This document shows positions 33,591 to 43,323 of a stretch of DNA of 64,000 bases, piece by piece. Origin of the DNA: Savitreella phatthalungensis (taxonomy: Eukaryota); contig AP039691.1 of the NCBI GenBank assembly GCA_051599415.1, forward strand, positions 434,001-498,000, in the 5' to 3' direction. A program made the translations under genes and the position numbers. Within the stretch, counting starts at the first letter, position 1. Each line of letters begins with the position of its first letter. The notes beneath the pieces were generated by a model, which saw nothing but the letters and a program-made list of their open reading frames with translations, did not search any database and had not been told where the DNA came from.

Positions 33591-33613
33591 GTTAGGGTTA
33601 GGGTTAGGGTTAG
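33588..33613 (+). repeat. Telomeric repeat A(GGGTTA)4G
   Basis: Read directly from the sequence. Confidence 0.95.
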
Positions 33614-35187
33614 TAAATATAGCAGCGCCCGCTCCTCCACCCCCACAGGATCGACAAGGACTCCCTGCAGCCAAAACAGAAGAGTGCTACAACCTCCTTC
33701 CAGAGGGAGTCAAGAAGATCATACAAAAACACGGAACCGGAACAGTCTGTGTCTCTTGCGGAGAGGGTGGTCATCGAGCTCCCGACTGCACAACAAAGGT
33801 TAGATTACCACTTTCCGAACAAGCTGCTCTGAGAGCTTTCCTGAACATCAGGTTCCGTCCTGAGGATTTGCCCGACAACATGCGAACCATATATCAAGCC
33901 AGGTACACAAGACTCTCAAAGCCCACACCAAACCAATACGAATGGCTTTGCGATCAAACCGCAAACACAAGGCACATACGGCTAAAGTCAGAGGCAGAGC
34001 AAAAGTCCGCTAAGGTGATGCAAACTCAGCCTCAAAAGAAACGAGCCAGACAAGGAACTACAGTCGAAACCGAAATATCAGATCCCGACGAACAAGCAGA
34101 CCAAGGAGAAGGAACAGAACGCCGCAAAGCAGACGCAGTCCCAAAAGTCGGCAAGAAACGAGATCTCCAACCCATTAGAGGGAAGATGGGAGAACCTTCG
34201 TTTGACTTGAGAGAGATCCTCCAAACAACAATGGTTTCCCTACCCATGATGGACCTTTTTGCTATATCTCCCAACAGCCGCGCAGAGCTAAGGAGACTGA
34301 TCACGATCGGCAAACCAGGTAAGAAAAAGAAGGTCAAAGTAGTCAGCGTCAAAGCACAGAAGTCTGCCATCACCACGGCAGTACAACCCCCTACAACAGC
34401 CGGTTCTTTCGTCATAACTGCATACGCTTTGAGCAGTGGACGTCAAAGACAAGCATGCCGCACGGTGATCGACGCTGGCTCAGAGATTAATCTCATCACA
34501 AGCGAAACAGTCGCCACGTTGGATCTGAAAACTCAATCGTTAGACAATACGCCTTCGAAGAACTTACACATGCAAACCTCCAGCGGGGAGCGCCAAAGGC
34601 TGGTAGGATGGGTAAACGTGACTTTGGAAATAGCTGGACGACTATTATCGCCGGTATCATTTTATGTGATGGAAGCCAGCAACGCAAAAGTCGATTACGG
34701 CATTCTATTAGGCCTACCATTCCTTTTCGAACACAGAGCACAAATCTCTCTCTCCAGTGGAGCAAAGATGGGCGCAACCCTCAAACATGCTGGGAAGGTC
34801 ATAAAACTGGACGGCCCCAAATACACAACAAACAATCCCATGAAGCTCATTCCCGAAACTGTTCCTTACGACACGGACGAAGATACTGACGACAATTTCT
34901 CTATACAGGATGAGACCAGCGATTCTTCGTACGATAGTGATACAGAGAGCGAAGGATCATTGCCAGAAACAAACATGGCTCACGTACGACAAATAACTGT
35001 CAGGACAGCAGACTCCTCGGCAGAACACCAGTACACTCTGGCTTCGGACTATCAAGAAGACGGCCCATACAAGTTCGTTGCTCATTCGTTAGCCGGAAAA
35101 GATTTCACATTGCTCAATGACTCGGGAAAAGAAGAGAAAGCAGAAGTTTATGTTCTACAGAGCTCGGGAAACGGAAATCAGGAGTAG
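33613..35187 (+). CDS. Truncated gag (zinc knuckle) plus aspartic protease
   Basis: CVSCGEGGHRAPDC (CX2CX4HX4C, from 33748) in frame with VIDAGSEINLI and ILLGLPFL; no capsid domain seen. Confidence 0.85.
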   Translation, partial: VNIAAPAPPPPQDRQGLPAAKTEECYNLLPEGVKKIIQKHGTGTVCVSCGEGGHRAPDCTTKVRLPLSEQAALRAFLNIRFRPEDLPDNMRTIYQARYTRLSKPTPNQYEWLCDQTANTRHIRLKSEAEQKSAKVMQTQPQKKRARQGTTVETEISDPDEQADQGEGTERRKADAVPKVGKKRDLQPIRGKMGEPSFDLREILQTTMVSLPMMDLFAISPNSRAELRRLITIGKPGKKKKVKVVSVKAQKSAITTAVQPPTTAGSFVITAYALSSGRQRQACRTVIDAGSEINLITSETVATLDLKTQSLDNTPSKNLHMQTSSGERQRLVGWVNVTLEIAGRLLSPVSFYVMEASNAKVDYGILLGLPFLFEHRAQISLSSGAKMGATLKHAGKVIKLDGPKYTTNNPMKLIPETVPYDTDEDTDDNFSIQDETSDSSYDSDTESEGSLPETNMAHVRQITVRTADSSAEHQYTLASDYQEDGPYKFVAHSLAGKDFTLLNDSGKEEKAEVYVLQSSGNGNQE

Positions 35188-38100
35188 ACGCAGGCAAGTC
35201 TAACTCCTACCTTTCACCTTCGCCTGAACCAAAACCCACACTCCCGTACGCCACCACTCTTAACGCCTATTTAACGACCCCTACTTCAGACAGAAACTTC
35301 CCAACACAACGCAGGCCATACTATCGAACTCTCTCTCTAGAGTCGCTCCCAAGTCTCCAAGAATTGGAAACTTGGGCACAAACAGTGGGTCTAACGATCG
35401 GTCCGGGAGCACAGACCACAGAACAGCGCCGGCTTGCGATTGGCGCCTTCTGGAACTGGAAGGACCTCCACACAGACAAGGCCACAGTCCCTTTAACGGA
35501 TCTAATCGAATACAAGTTACAACTCAAGGACAATGCTATTCCACACGCGACACCATATCGAAGACGTCTAAGCCCAGAGCAAACCAATTTCTTCTACCAC
35601 ACAGTGATGGATGGGTTGTCTACCAATATGTACGAGCGCATACCGAAGGGAGAGAGCCTCTCCGCTTGGGATGCTCCCCCTGTCATCGTCCTCAAACAAG
35701 ACAAAAAGGAACAACGATTAACCTTCAACTACCAGAACGTCAAGAAGTTCGAGATATTACCGTCAGTTCACCTTCAAAGACTGGATGTTGTGCGTCAGGT
35801 AATCAGTAACCCGAAACACTCCCTCCTAGGTCATGGAGATTTACGATCAGCATACTGGTCGATCGGAGTCGCCCAAGAATCAAGACACATCCTTTCATTT
35901 TTCTGTCCAGGCATCGGACAGGTGAGACCCACAAGGGCACCCCAAGGGGTTGGCGGTTCAGGCCTCGTTCTAGCAGAAGCAGTAAACAGATTGTTCGGGC
36001 CAATACCGCCTCCAGCCGCCGAAACTTCTCTCTTCGGTCCCAACTTCCAGGCATATCAAGACGACTCTTACTGGGCACACAGCAACTTCGAAGAACACCT
36101 GAGCTTCATCCACGACCGGCTACTACCCAGGCTCAAATGGTCCAAATTCCTAACGTCATTCAAGAAATTCTCCGCCTTTATGACACAAATACAAGCCCTA
36201 GGGATTCACCACGAAGCTGGCGGCAAAATTTCCATTTTACCACAGAGGCTTGATAAGTTGCTCAGTTTCCCACCACCTCAAACCGTCTCAGAAGCACAAA
36301 CCTTTTTAGGGATGCTCGGATATTGCCATCCACACTTGAAAAACAGAGAAGAGATATTACGACCCATTCGCCAGGCGTGCCAAACGAAGCGCAGAACAAA
36401 AATGGAAATGCTCGATTGGACACCCGAAATTAGAGAATCATACGACATGATCATCGAACAATTAAAGGAAGCTCCAAAGCTTGACGGATATGACGACGAT
36501 TACCCCACCATAGCTTATACCGACGCTTCGGATCACGCCGGTGGCCTCGTGTTGACCCAAGAAATCAACGGCGAGACTAAACTTCTAGGATTCGACAGTT
36601 TCACCTTCAACACAGCAGAGAGGAACTACGGCGTATTCAAAAGAGAATTGCGAGTCATCATCTATCTTCTTTCCAAATACGCATATCTGTTTAACCGACA
36701 ACAGACCAGCCTGATATACACTGATCACCGGCCTCTGCTCGGTTTTCCTCAGGCCCACAACTTACATGTCGGGATATACGCACGCTGGGCCATCATCCTG
36801 AACGAATTCAACGTGGAATTGAGATACCTCCAAGGGACCCGCAACAGCATAGCTGACGGCCTTTCACGAACAATTTTCCCATCCCAAACGTCGAAAAGGA
36901 AAACTGATGCGATTGAAGACGCACTTTACGCCCTAGATCACGGACCGAAAGCTCGAATGATCCAAGCAGTTTCGTCACCATATCACACAGATCCATGGTA
37001 TTCCGACATTTACCATTACCTGACCACGAAAGAACTCCCCACCCCAATCGCGAACGATCGACAACGAGTCAGAAGATTCAAAGGAGACGCACAAAGATAC
37101 ACGTTAGACGAAACAGGTCACTTATGGAGACGAACCAAGAACAGCGGATCATCTCTTTGCGTCCTCTCCACCGCAGTTCCCTCGATGCTAAAGAGAGTCC
37201 ACGATGATCTCGGCCACTTCTCTTACCAACTGAACTTGAAGGAACTAACTAGACTCAAGGTTTGGTGGCCCACCTTATACTCGGATACCAAAGAATACGC
37301 GCAGACATGCGTCACCTGTTTCGAATACGACAAAGCCCTACCAAAGGCACCTCTTCAGCGCAGCCTACCGTCATTTCCATTTCATCTGCTCGGTATGGAC
37401 TATATCGTGATGCCGAGCGCGACAGTGAAGGAACGACGCTTCACATCAATCCTTCAAATCATTGACTACTTCACTCGACTGGCTATCGCATATCCAAGCC
37501 CCAGCATGAAAGCCTCAGACACCATCCAACATTTGACTGAGTTCCTACGGCACTACCCGAAACCACTACTGATTTATCACGACGCAGGGACACACTTCAC
37601 TGCGCTTGAGACACAAGACTTCCTACGTCGCAAAGACATCCGCACCATCACAGCACCATCAGGATCCTCCCAGGCAGCGGGTATGATTGAAAGAGCAAAC
37701 GGTCTACTGTTAGAAGCACTACGGAAAACAGGCGAAAACAACGGACTCCCGTGGCCGGACAATCTCGATACCGCCATACGGGCTGTGAACACTCGAGAGG
37801 TAGCCCATGGATACTCACCTTATGAACTAGCCTTCGGGCCTCTCAGCCAATTCTTAGACGAACAGGACGCACCAAACACTAACCTGACACGACTCACTTC
37901 CAACGACGACACGAATCTTTCCCACACGCTACTTCACGACGAAATGATAGACGAAGCCTTCAACGAACTCGCCAAGAAACATCCCGGACAGAAGGACCCA
38001 CTTCATCATATAAACGAAGGAGACCTAGTCTGGCTCTACACGCAACCCACAGGGACAAACAGCAAGTTACAAAAACGATGGAGAGGACCTTTCGTCGCCA

Positions 38101-38306
38101 TAAACTGCACTCCACGCACGGCACAGTTATCACAAATTTGGTCTGCGGAAACATTACCTGGAAGATACGCCATTCATGACCTGAAAACGATGACTCAGAG
38201 ACGACCAGCACACCTAGGCTCCTTCCCCATCCTAACAGGCGCGCGCACCCTTAGACCCATCAAAGCAACTTCAGCAAAGAACCTGCTCACAACGCAGCGA
38301 CAATAA
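35166..38306 (+). CDS. Pol (RT-RNase H-integrase), -1 frame
   Basis: GDLRSAYW, YQDD, YTDASD...ERNY...RELR...TDHRPL...ADGLSR, HHCC, D-D-E (MDY/HDAG/IERAN), RWRGPF; frame open from 35121. Confidence 0.93.
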   Translation, partial: GKRKSGVDAGKSNSYLSPSPEPKPTLPYATTLNAYLTTPTSDRNFPTQRRPYYRTLSLESLPSLQELETWAQTVGLTIGPGAQTTEQRRLAIGAFWNWKDLHTDKATVPLTDLIEYKLQLKDNAIPHATPYRRRLSPEQTNFFYHTVMDGLSTNMYERIPKGESLSAWDAPPVIVLKQDKKEQRLTFNYQNVKKFEILPSVHLQRLDVVRQVISNPKHSLLGHGDLRSAYWSIGVAQESRHILSFFCPGIGQVRPTRAPQGVGGSGLVLAEAVNRLFGPIPPPAAETSLFGPNFQAYQDDSYWAHSNFEEHLSFIHDRLLPRLKWSKFLTSFKKFSAFMTQIQALGIHHEAGGKISILPQRLDKLLSFPPPQTVSEAQTFLGMLGYCHPHLKNREEILRPIRQACQTKRRTKMEMLDWTPEIRESYDMIIEQLKEAPKLDGYDDDYPTIAYTDASDHAGGLVLTQEINGETKLLGFDSFTFNTAERNYGVFKRELRVIIYLLSKYAYLFNRQQTSLIYTDHRPLLGFPQAHNLHVGIYARWAIILNEFNVELRYLQGTRNSIADGLSRTIFPSQTSKRKTDAIEDALYALDHGPKARMIQAVSSPYHTDPWYSDIYHYLTTKELPTPIANDRQRVRRFKGDAQRYTLDETGHLWRRTKNSGSSLCVLSTAVPSMLKRVHDDLGHFSYQLNLKELTRLKVWWPTLYSDTKEYAQTCVTCFEYDKALPKAPLQRSLPSFPFHLLGMDYIVMPSATVKERRFTSILQIIDYFTRLAIAYPSPSMKASDTIQHLTEFLRHYPKPLLIYHDAGTHFTALETQDFLRRKDIRTITAPSGSSQAAGMIERANGLLLEALRKTGENNGLPWPDNLDTAIRAVNTREVAHGYSPYELAFGPLSQFLDEQDAPNTNLTRLTSNDDTNLSHTLLHDEMIDEAFNELAKKHPGQKDPLHHINEGDLVWLYTQPTGTNSKLQKRWRGPFVAINCTPRTAQLSQIWSAETLPGRYAIHDLKTMTQRRPAHLGSFPILTGARTLRPIKATSAKNLLTTQRQ

Positions 38307-38355
38307 GCTTTTCCTCACTGTGTGTCACGGATTCAACTCCGGACACCCTCACTTT

Positions 38356-38369
38356 GCGGGTGGGGGCGA
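38356..38369 (+). other. Polypurine tract
   Basis: GCGGGTGGGGGCGA immediately 5' of the 3' LTR. Confidence 0.75.
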
Positions 38370-38552
38370 TGTCAACTCATCAGCCACACCAGCCCCATTT
38401 TCTCTTCGTAACTGAACTTTCACTTTCGCTGCCGGTTCAGACTCACTTAAAACATCAGACACCACAGACTAGTTCTGTAGCCTAGTCTCATTCCTTTCCC
38501 TTTCCATTCCTCTCTCACCTGTCTGTGATCGAGCCAGTAACCAGCGCCAACA
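38370..38552 (+). repeat. 3' LTR (183 bp)
   Basis: Identical to 33357-33539. Confidence 0.97.
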
Positions 38553-38856
38553 GTAGGTACCCAGGTACCTTGGAAAAATGAAAGACCGCTCTAGCAATTT
38601 ACTCACCGAGCCAGCCTCTAAAGTCGTGTGAGTTCAAATGCACGATCAACTTCAAGGTCGCACACGTGATGCAATAGATACAATAGATGCCTCGCTTGAC
38701 TACCGGTATGTCTTGGCAGTATTACACAAATGATCACGCGCCTAGAGCTGGCTTGGACGGTCGATCGAGTCATCCAGACGTATTGCAGAATTGTTCTCAT
38801 TCACGTCTATCGACATGCTTGGTCGTGCGTGGAGATTGCCCTCGTGATACTCTAGA

Positions 38857-40677
38857 TTAGATCGATCGCTCGATGTCTTTTCTTGACATCTGTGCATGCG
38901 AGATCAGAGCCTCTGACCTTGAGAGAAATTGTGACAGTCGAGCTTGAATACGCAATGCAGATTCCCTGGCATGTGTCTTGCGTCGATCGATGTCATTTCG
39001 TAGGAGACGAATTGCGTCGACACCGCCCTCTCCGAGCGCCTTCGCGAGCTTCCGTTCCAGCTGACCAATCTTCGAAGCTGTACCGCGAGACAGACCGGAG
39101 ATGATGGCCTTGCTGACTCCGCAAGTCCTTCTGACTTGGCTGGTGGCGGAAATTTCAGCTGCAAGCTCTTTACCGTGTCTACCCTTGAATAGGTGCACCA
39201 CACCATTTTCCGCCTCTTCAAGCATCCGCACGAGTGTGTCTTCGGCTATTGGAAAGTTACCAGATGCAATTGCACTCTTCGCGAGATAGCCATACATGCT
39301 CACTGTCGGCTTGCACGGCCGCGGAGCCATCGACGCACCTTCTGCTCTGTCGAAAAATCCTTCGAGCACAGTGACTTGGCTGTCTACCGACAGCTCGCCC
39401 TTCGTAGCTAGATCAAACACTTCCCGCACAAAAGCATTCGGCACATGCCCCTGTTTGGCAGTACTGTCTGCGTATGACCACTTCATTAGCTCTGTCCATG
39501 TGCGTGCATCGACCTCAAGAGAGTACTGCTTCGCAAAAGCCAAGATGAGCTTCGTAGCGGCACGGGCTTGATTGTTTGCTCCGAGAGCAAGTGCCATGGC
39601 CCGCAGCGTATGTTGGGTCGGCCAGAGAGGCGAATTGCGACTTAACAAAGGTGCAGAGCTGATACTCGCATGGATCGCGTCCTCGTCGATGTCGTCAAAT
39701 TCCATTGACTCGCCATATACTTCCATGTCCAGTGCCGGCATCTCTATGCCCCAAGTCTTGCGAAGAAGCACGCGGATGCCGTCAAGATTCGAGCTTGCAG
39801 CCATCGCTAGGACTAATGCATCGATCGTCGCTGCGTTAGGCTCAACTTTTTCCTTGAGCATATTGTGATAAATGTCCAGAGCAGTGACCATGCGTGTATA
39901 GGCTCGGTCGAGTACGCGCTTCCGGCGACCACCCATACCGCCGTCCTGTCTCTTCCGCAGCAGCGGCAGCGTATCAAAGTCTGCAGGCTGTGTGGCATTT
40001 GCGACCAGGAATGAGTTGTAGCAGAAAACGTCGGGCTTGACTTCATCTGTGATGGTCAGCCTTTGCCACACCTTCTGTGCCAGTGTTGGCGACCTTGCCA
40101 GCCTTGCATGCTCAAGCAGAAGAAGCCCCGACTGATTCGAGAGCTTGCATTCCGACTCTGCCAAAAATTCCTGCAGCAATCGCATATGCCGCAGGTAGTC
40201 CCGGGTAGCCACACTTGTAACTCTCTTTGAGTCGTCTCGTCCGGCAACCAAATTGTCGATCGAGCTCGGTGCGAAGGACTCGGCAATCGCTGTGAATTGG
40301 TCGCTCGTAACGATGCTGTGCATATGTGTAGCCCTGATCGCGATCAGCGCCCTATACACCTCTGCTGGTTCGCGCGAACGCAGTGCTGCAAGGAGGCCGA
40401 GCGAAAGATCGAGCCCGCGGTCGGATTGAGCCGAATGACTGCGGTGCTCCGGTGACCACAAGTCTTCCCAAGACAACTGTCGCGTGATGCGATGTGCGGC
40501 CGGTCTACGTGAATTCAGCTTACGACCGCCGCTCGACGTTGTCCGGGGCGGGATGTCACCAACAGCCCATGCATCCGCCGGAAAGTCGTCCGTTTGAGTA
40601 GCATAGTCGCGCACAGAGATTCTCCTGATCGCACGAGGCACGACGACGCGTGTCAATGACGCCCGACAAGTCCACAT
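38857..40677 (-). CDS. Mitochondrial PPR protein, Aep2/Atp13-like
   Basis: Presequence; PPR motifs (PDVFCYNSFL, EPNAATIDALV, PTVSMYGYL); LWPTQHTL..ALGANN..FAKQYSL..TWTELMKW. Confidence 0.7.
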   Translation of the reverse strand: MWTCRASLTRVVVPRAIRRISVRDYATQTDDFPADAWAVGDIPPRTTSSGGRKLNSRRPAAHRITRQLSWEDLWSPEHRSHSAQSDRGLDLSLGLLAALRSREPAEVYRALIAIRATHMHSIVTSDQFTAIAESFAPSSIDNLVAGRDDSKRVTSVATRDYLRHMRLLQEFLAESECKLSNQSGLLLLEHARLARSPTLAQKVWQRLTITDEVKPDVFCYNSFLVANATQPADFDTLPLLRKRQDGGMGGRRKRVLDRAYTRMVTALDIYHNMLKEKVEPNAATIDALVLAMAASSNLDGIRVLLRKTWGIEMPALDMEVYGESMEFDDIDEDAIHASISSAPLLSRNSPLWPTQHTLRAMALALGANNQARAATKLILAFAKQYSLEVDARTWTELMKWSYADSTAKQGHVPNAFVREVFDLATKGELSVDSQVTVLEGFFDRAEGASMAPRPCKPTVSMYGYLAKSAIASGNFPIAEDTLVRMLEEAENGVVHLFKGRHGKELAAEISATSQVRRTCGVSKAIISGLSRGTASKIGQLERKLAKALGEGGVDAIRLLRNDIDRRKTHARESALRIQARLSQFLSRSEALISHAQMSRKDIERSI

Positions 40678-40958
40678 GAAGGATGTGCTCCGTTGTGAGT
40701 CAGTACCTTAGAGTGTCCACAATGTCGGATATTCTTGTATTCAAAAAGTTTCCCCGTACACACTGTACAAAAATCGACGGTCATCATTCATATCTTGCAT
40801 AAACCCAGCAAACATGTGGTCCAGGCAGTATTCAGCTCCCATGAGGCCACCGGCAGATCATAGAGTAGTCCACAATCGACAGTCAAGCACGTCCTTTCGA
40901 CAAAGTCAAGGCCTTGCTATCAGCGAGATGCGGTTCATATAAAGGTTAGACAAATGAT

Positions 40959-43076
40959 CTACTCAGGAGTATACGGATTCAAAAGTTGGTCTGCGAGCTC
41001 TCGCATCTTCGGTGAGAAGTGCTTGCTCATAAGACTGGCCTCGAATCCGAGTGTTGAAGAGGCGTTTGAAAGCTCGTAGTTGTCCTGTTCAGGCTTGTAT
41101 TGTCCTGCCCCGACGATGAGATCGTCAGAATCAAACAGCGTCATAAGACGCGAACTACTGCCCCGACTGCGAGCCCTTTGGACAAGCGTCGCTAAAGCGA
41201 CCGACGCTCGTTCATCTGTTGTAGACAAGCTCGCCGTGAGCAAGCGTTTGCAGAAAGCCAGGGCTCGAAGATTGCCAGGACTCTGGCGCTGAAAGAGAAC
41301 CACATCCAGACAGCGGACGTAGGTCTCCGCAAGAGTGATAGCGGTCGAATCTTCCGCGTCGCCCACCTGCTTGTCCTTCATTAGTGGCTGTAACGACTGA
41401 TCCATGCACAGCACTGTACAGAGTCGATACAACTCGTGCACAAAGGCGGTGAGATCGAGTCCTGCACTCTCCTTCGTAGTCGGCTGTCCAGCAACAAGCC
41501 GGAAAGCTGTACTGATGCAAAGAAGAATGTACTCGTCGTTCCGCAGAGCCTCCTCGCCGGTCGTGACGGCCGAATGAGCACCTGCAATCAGCTCTTTCAG
41601 GACCTCGAGAAGATCGCCGAAGAAATCAAAGTTGACAAGGTGGCTGAACTTTGCGAGGCCATGGAGTGCAGCCGCTTTGCATCGCCTAGGCCCATCTCGG
41701 AGCAAGTGGAAATAGAGAGCGAAGACCACCTTGAGGGTCTCGCCTTGAGCTTTTTCTTTGGCCTCTGTATCGACGGCTGCTGAAGCCTCGAGCATTTCCT
41801 TCTCAATTTCCTTCTGCTCACGAAGAGCCTTCCGCTCACGCTTGTTCCGGAATTCGCGTTGCTTCTTCTTCTTCCCATTGGGAGCGTCTTCAGTCTCAAC
41901 GGATCGGTCCAGGCGCTCGTGTGACGCTCGCAGGTGGAAGTCGGACAAAACACGGAATGATAGACAAATATCAATCGCTTGCGTGGGGACCTTGTACGAG
42001 CGATCTTTTATGCGCTTTGACAGCTGCTTGACAAGCTCAAGCGTGGCTTCGCCCTGCTCGTCGTCCCGGCAGATGGTCAACAGCGTCTCGTGAACACGAT
42101 CCTGCCCCTCGGACGAGCGGCAGAGTCTGTCGACCAGAATGGCTAGAAGATCGTCACGGTAGTTGAAATGTGAGTGATTGTTCAGCAGAACACAGACGCT
42201 AGACATGGCCACTTTCTCGACTTCCACATCTTTGGCAGGCAGCTTCGTCAACTCGGTAAGTCTCTGAACGAGACGATGGTACTCGTATAGTAGACCCTGC
42301 TCGAACGTACGCAGTCTGCGGACCTCCTTGGTGACCTTCTCCTTCTGCTCGGCTTCCGTGAGGGGTCGTATCCGGTAGCCAGGAATGCAATCTTTGAAGA
42401 CCGATGCTAGGGTGAGCAAGGCAAATCGCCGCGCCAGCTTGTTGTGGCTTTCGTTGTGAATCGCCCAGATGGTGCCAATCTGCGGAAAGTACTCTTCAGG
42501 ATCCTGTACGATCTTATTGGCCACTCGTGCAAGCTTCTCGAGAAGCTCCTCTAAAGTATCGTTGTCATGCTCGGCTCGTGCGGTGGAGATGGTATTCTGT
42601 TCATCGGGTTCAGCTTCATCAACGTTCTCCGGACTTGCCTCACGCGAGGCCGGGGCGATTTTGCCCTGCTTTTTAGGTGCTACAACAGACCCGTCTAGCA
42701 TCTTTACTGGTAGCAATGATCCCTCCAGCCGTTCCTTCCGTCTAGATATGTTCATATGCTTGAGCATGGCCTGTTCATTCTCCTCGTCTTCATCCACAGG
42801 AACATCGTCCTCGGACTGCTCGGAATCAGAGTCCTGTGTTTGCACAGGTTTCCGATCTGGCTTCTCCTCCTTTCGCTTAGGCTTCTTGATCGATGCCAAG
42901 CTGTCCGGATCGAGTTGTGAGAGGAACTGAGCATACTGTGCGTAGTCCTGGATGTCATCGATATCACTGCCATCGGCTTCAGCAGCGACCTGAGAAGCCT
43001 TGTCGACCTTTGGGATTGTCTTTGTCTTCTTTCTTGCCTTGCCTGCACTTACAGATGCGCCCCTACCGCGCTTCAT
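40959..43076 (-). CDS. NOC3: Nucleolar complex protein Noc3
   Basis: LPVK, VFKDCIPGYRIRPLTE, HFNYR, GLAKFSHLVNFDFFGDLL. Confidence 0.93.
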   Translation of the reverse strand: MKRGRGASVSAGKARKKTKTIPKVDKASQVAAEADGSDIDDIQDYAQYAQFLSQLDPDSLASIKKPKRKEEKPDRKPVQTQDSDSEQSEDDVPVDEDEENEQAMLKHMNISRRKERLEGSLLPVKMLDGSVVAPKKQGKIAPASREASPENVDEAEPDEQNTISTARAEHDNDTLEELLEKLARVANKIVQDPEEYFPQIGTIWAIHNESHNKLARRFALLTLASVFKDCIPGYRIRPLTEAEQKEKVTKEVRRLRTFEQGLLYEYHRLVQRLTELTKLPAKDVEVEKVAMSSVCVLLNNHSHFNYRDDLLAILVDRLCRSSEGQDRVHETLLTICRDDEQGEATLELVKQLSKRIKDRSYKVPTQAIDICLSFRVLSDFHLRASHERLDRSVETEDAPNGKKKKQREFRNKRERKALREQKEIEKEMLEASAAVDTEAKEKAQGETLKVVFALYFHLLRDGPRRCKAAALHGLAKFSHLVNFDFFGDLLEVLKELIAGAHSAVTTGEEALRNDEYILLCISTAFRLVAGQPTTKESAGLDLTAFVHELYRLCTVLCMDQSLQPLMKDKQVGDAEDSTAITLAETYVRCLDVVLFQRQSPGNLRALAFCKRLLTASLSTTDERASVALATLVQRARSRGSSSRLMTLFDSDDLIVGAGQYKPEQDNYELSNASSTLGFEASLMSKHFSPKMRELADQLLNPYTPE

Positions 43077-43323
43077 GCTGGTGAAACTCGATATTGCTCG
43101 AGATCTGTTGGCTTAACAGGCACAGATCTCCTGTTTCTATATACGTGCCTGTTCAATAAAGTTGATCCTGAATGTCTCCACACATGTGATCATCACTCAA
43201 GCGCACGAACCAGGATTGTGCACACACCACAAGACACGTACGGTCAATAGCATTGTTCTCGTTCACCGGCTTGATTCAGGCAGCTGCAGGCAGGCAGAGC
43301 TTCTATCGGAGAAACTTCTAGAC

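Larger units (their letters stand above)
33357..38552 (+). mobile_element. Ty3/Gypsy LTR retrotransposon, recent, gag-truncated
   Basis: Two identical TG...CA LTRs, TSD GTAG (33353-33356 and 38553-38556), PBS, polypurine tract, domain order PR-RT-RH-IN. Confidence 0.97.

Noticed and set aside
33588..33613. Chromosome end or telomere fusion
   Set aside because: Only four repeats, enclosed within an LTR element with a TSD and ordinary genes on both sides.
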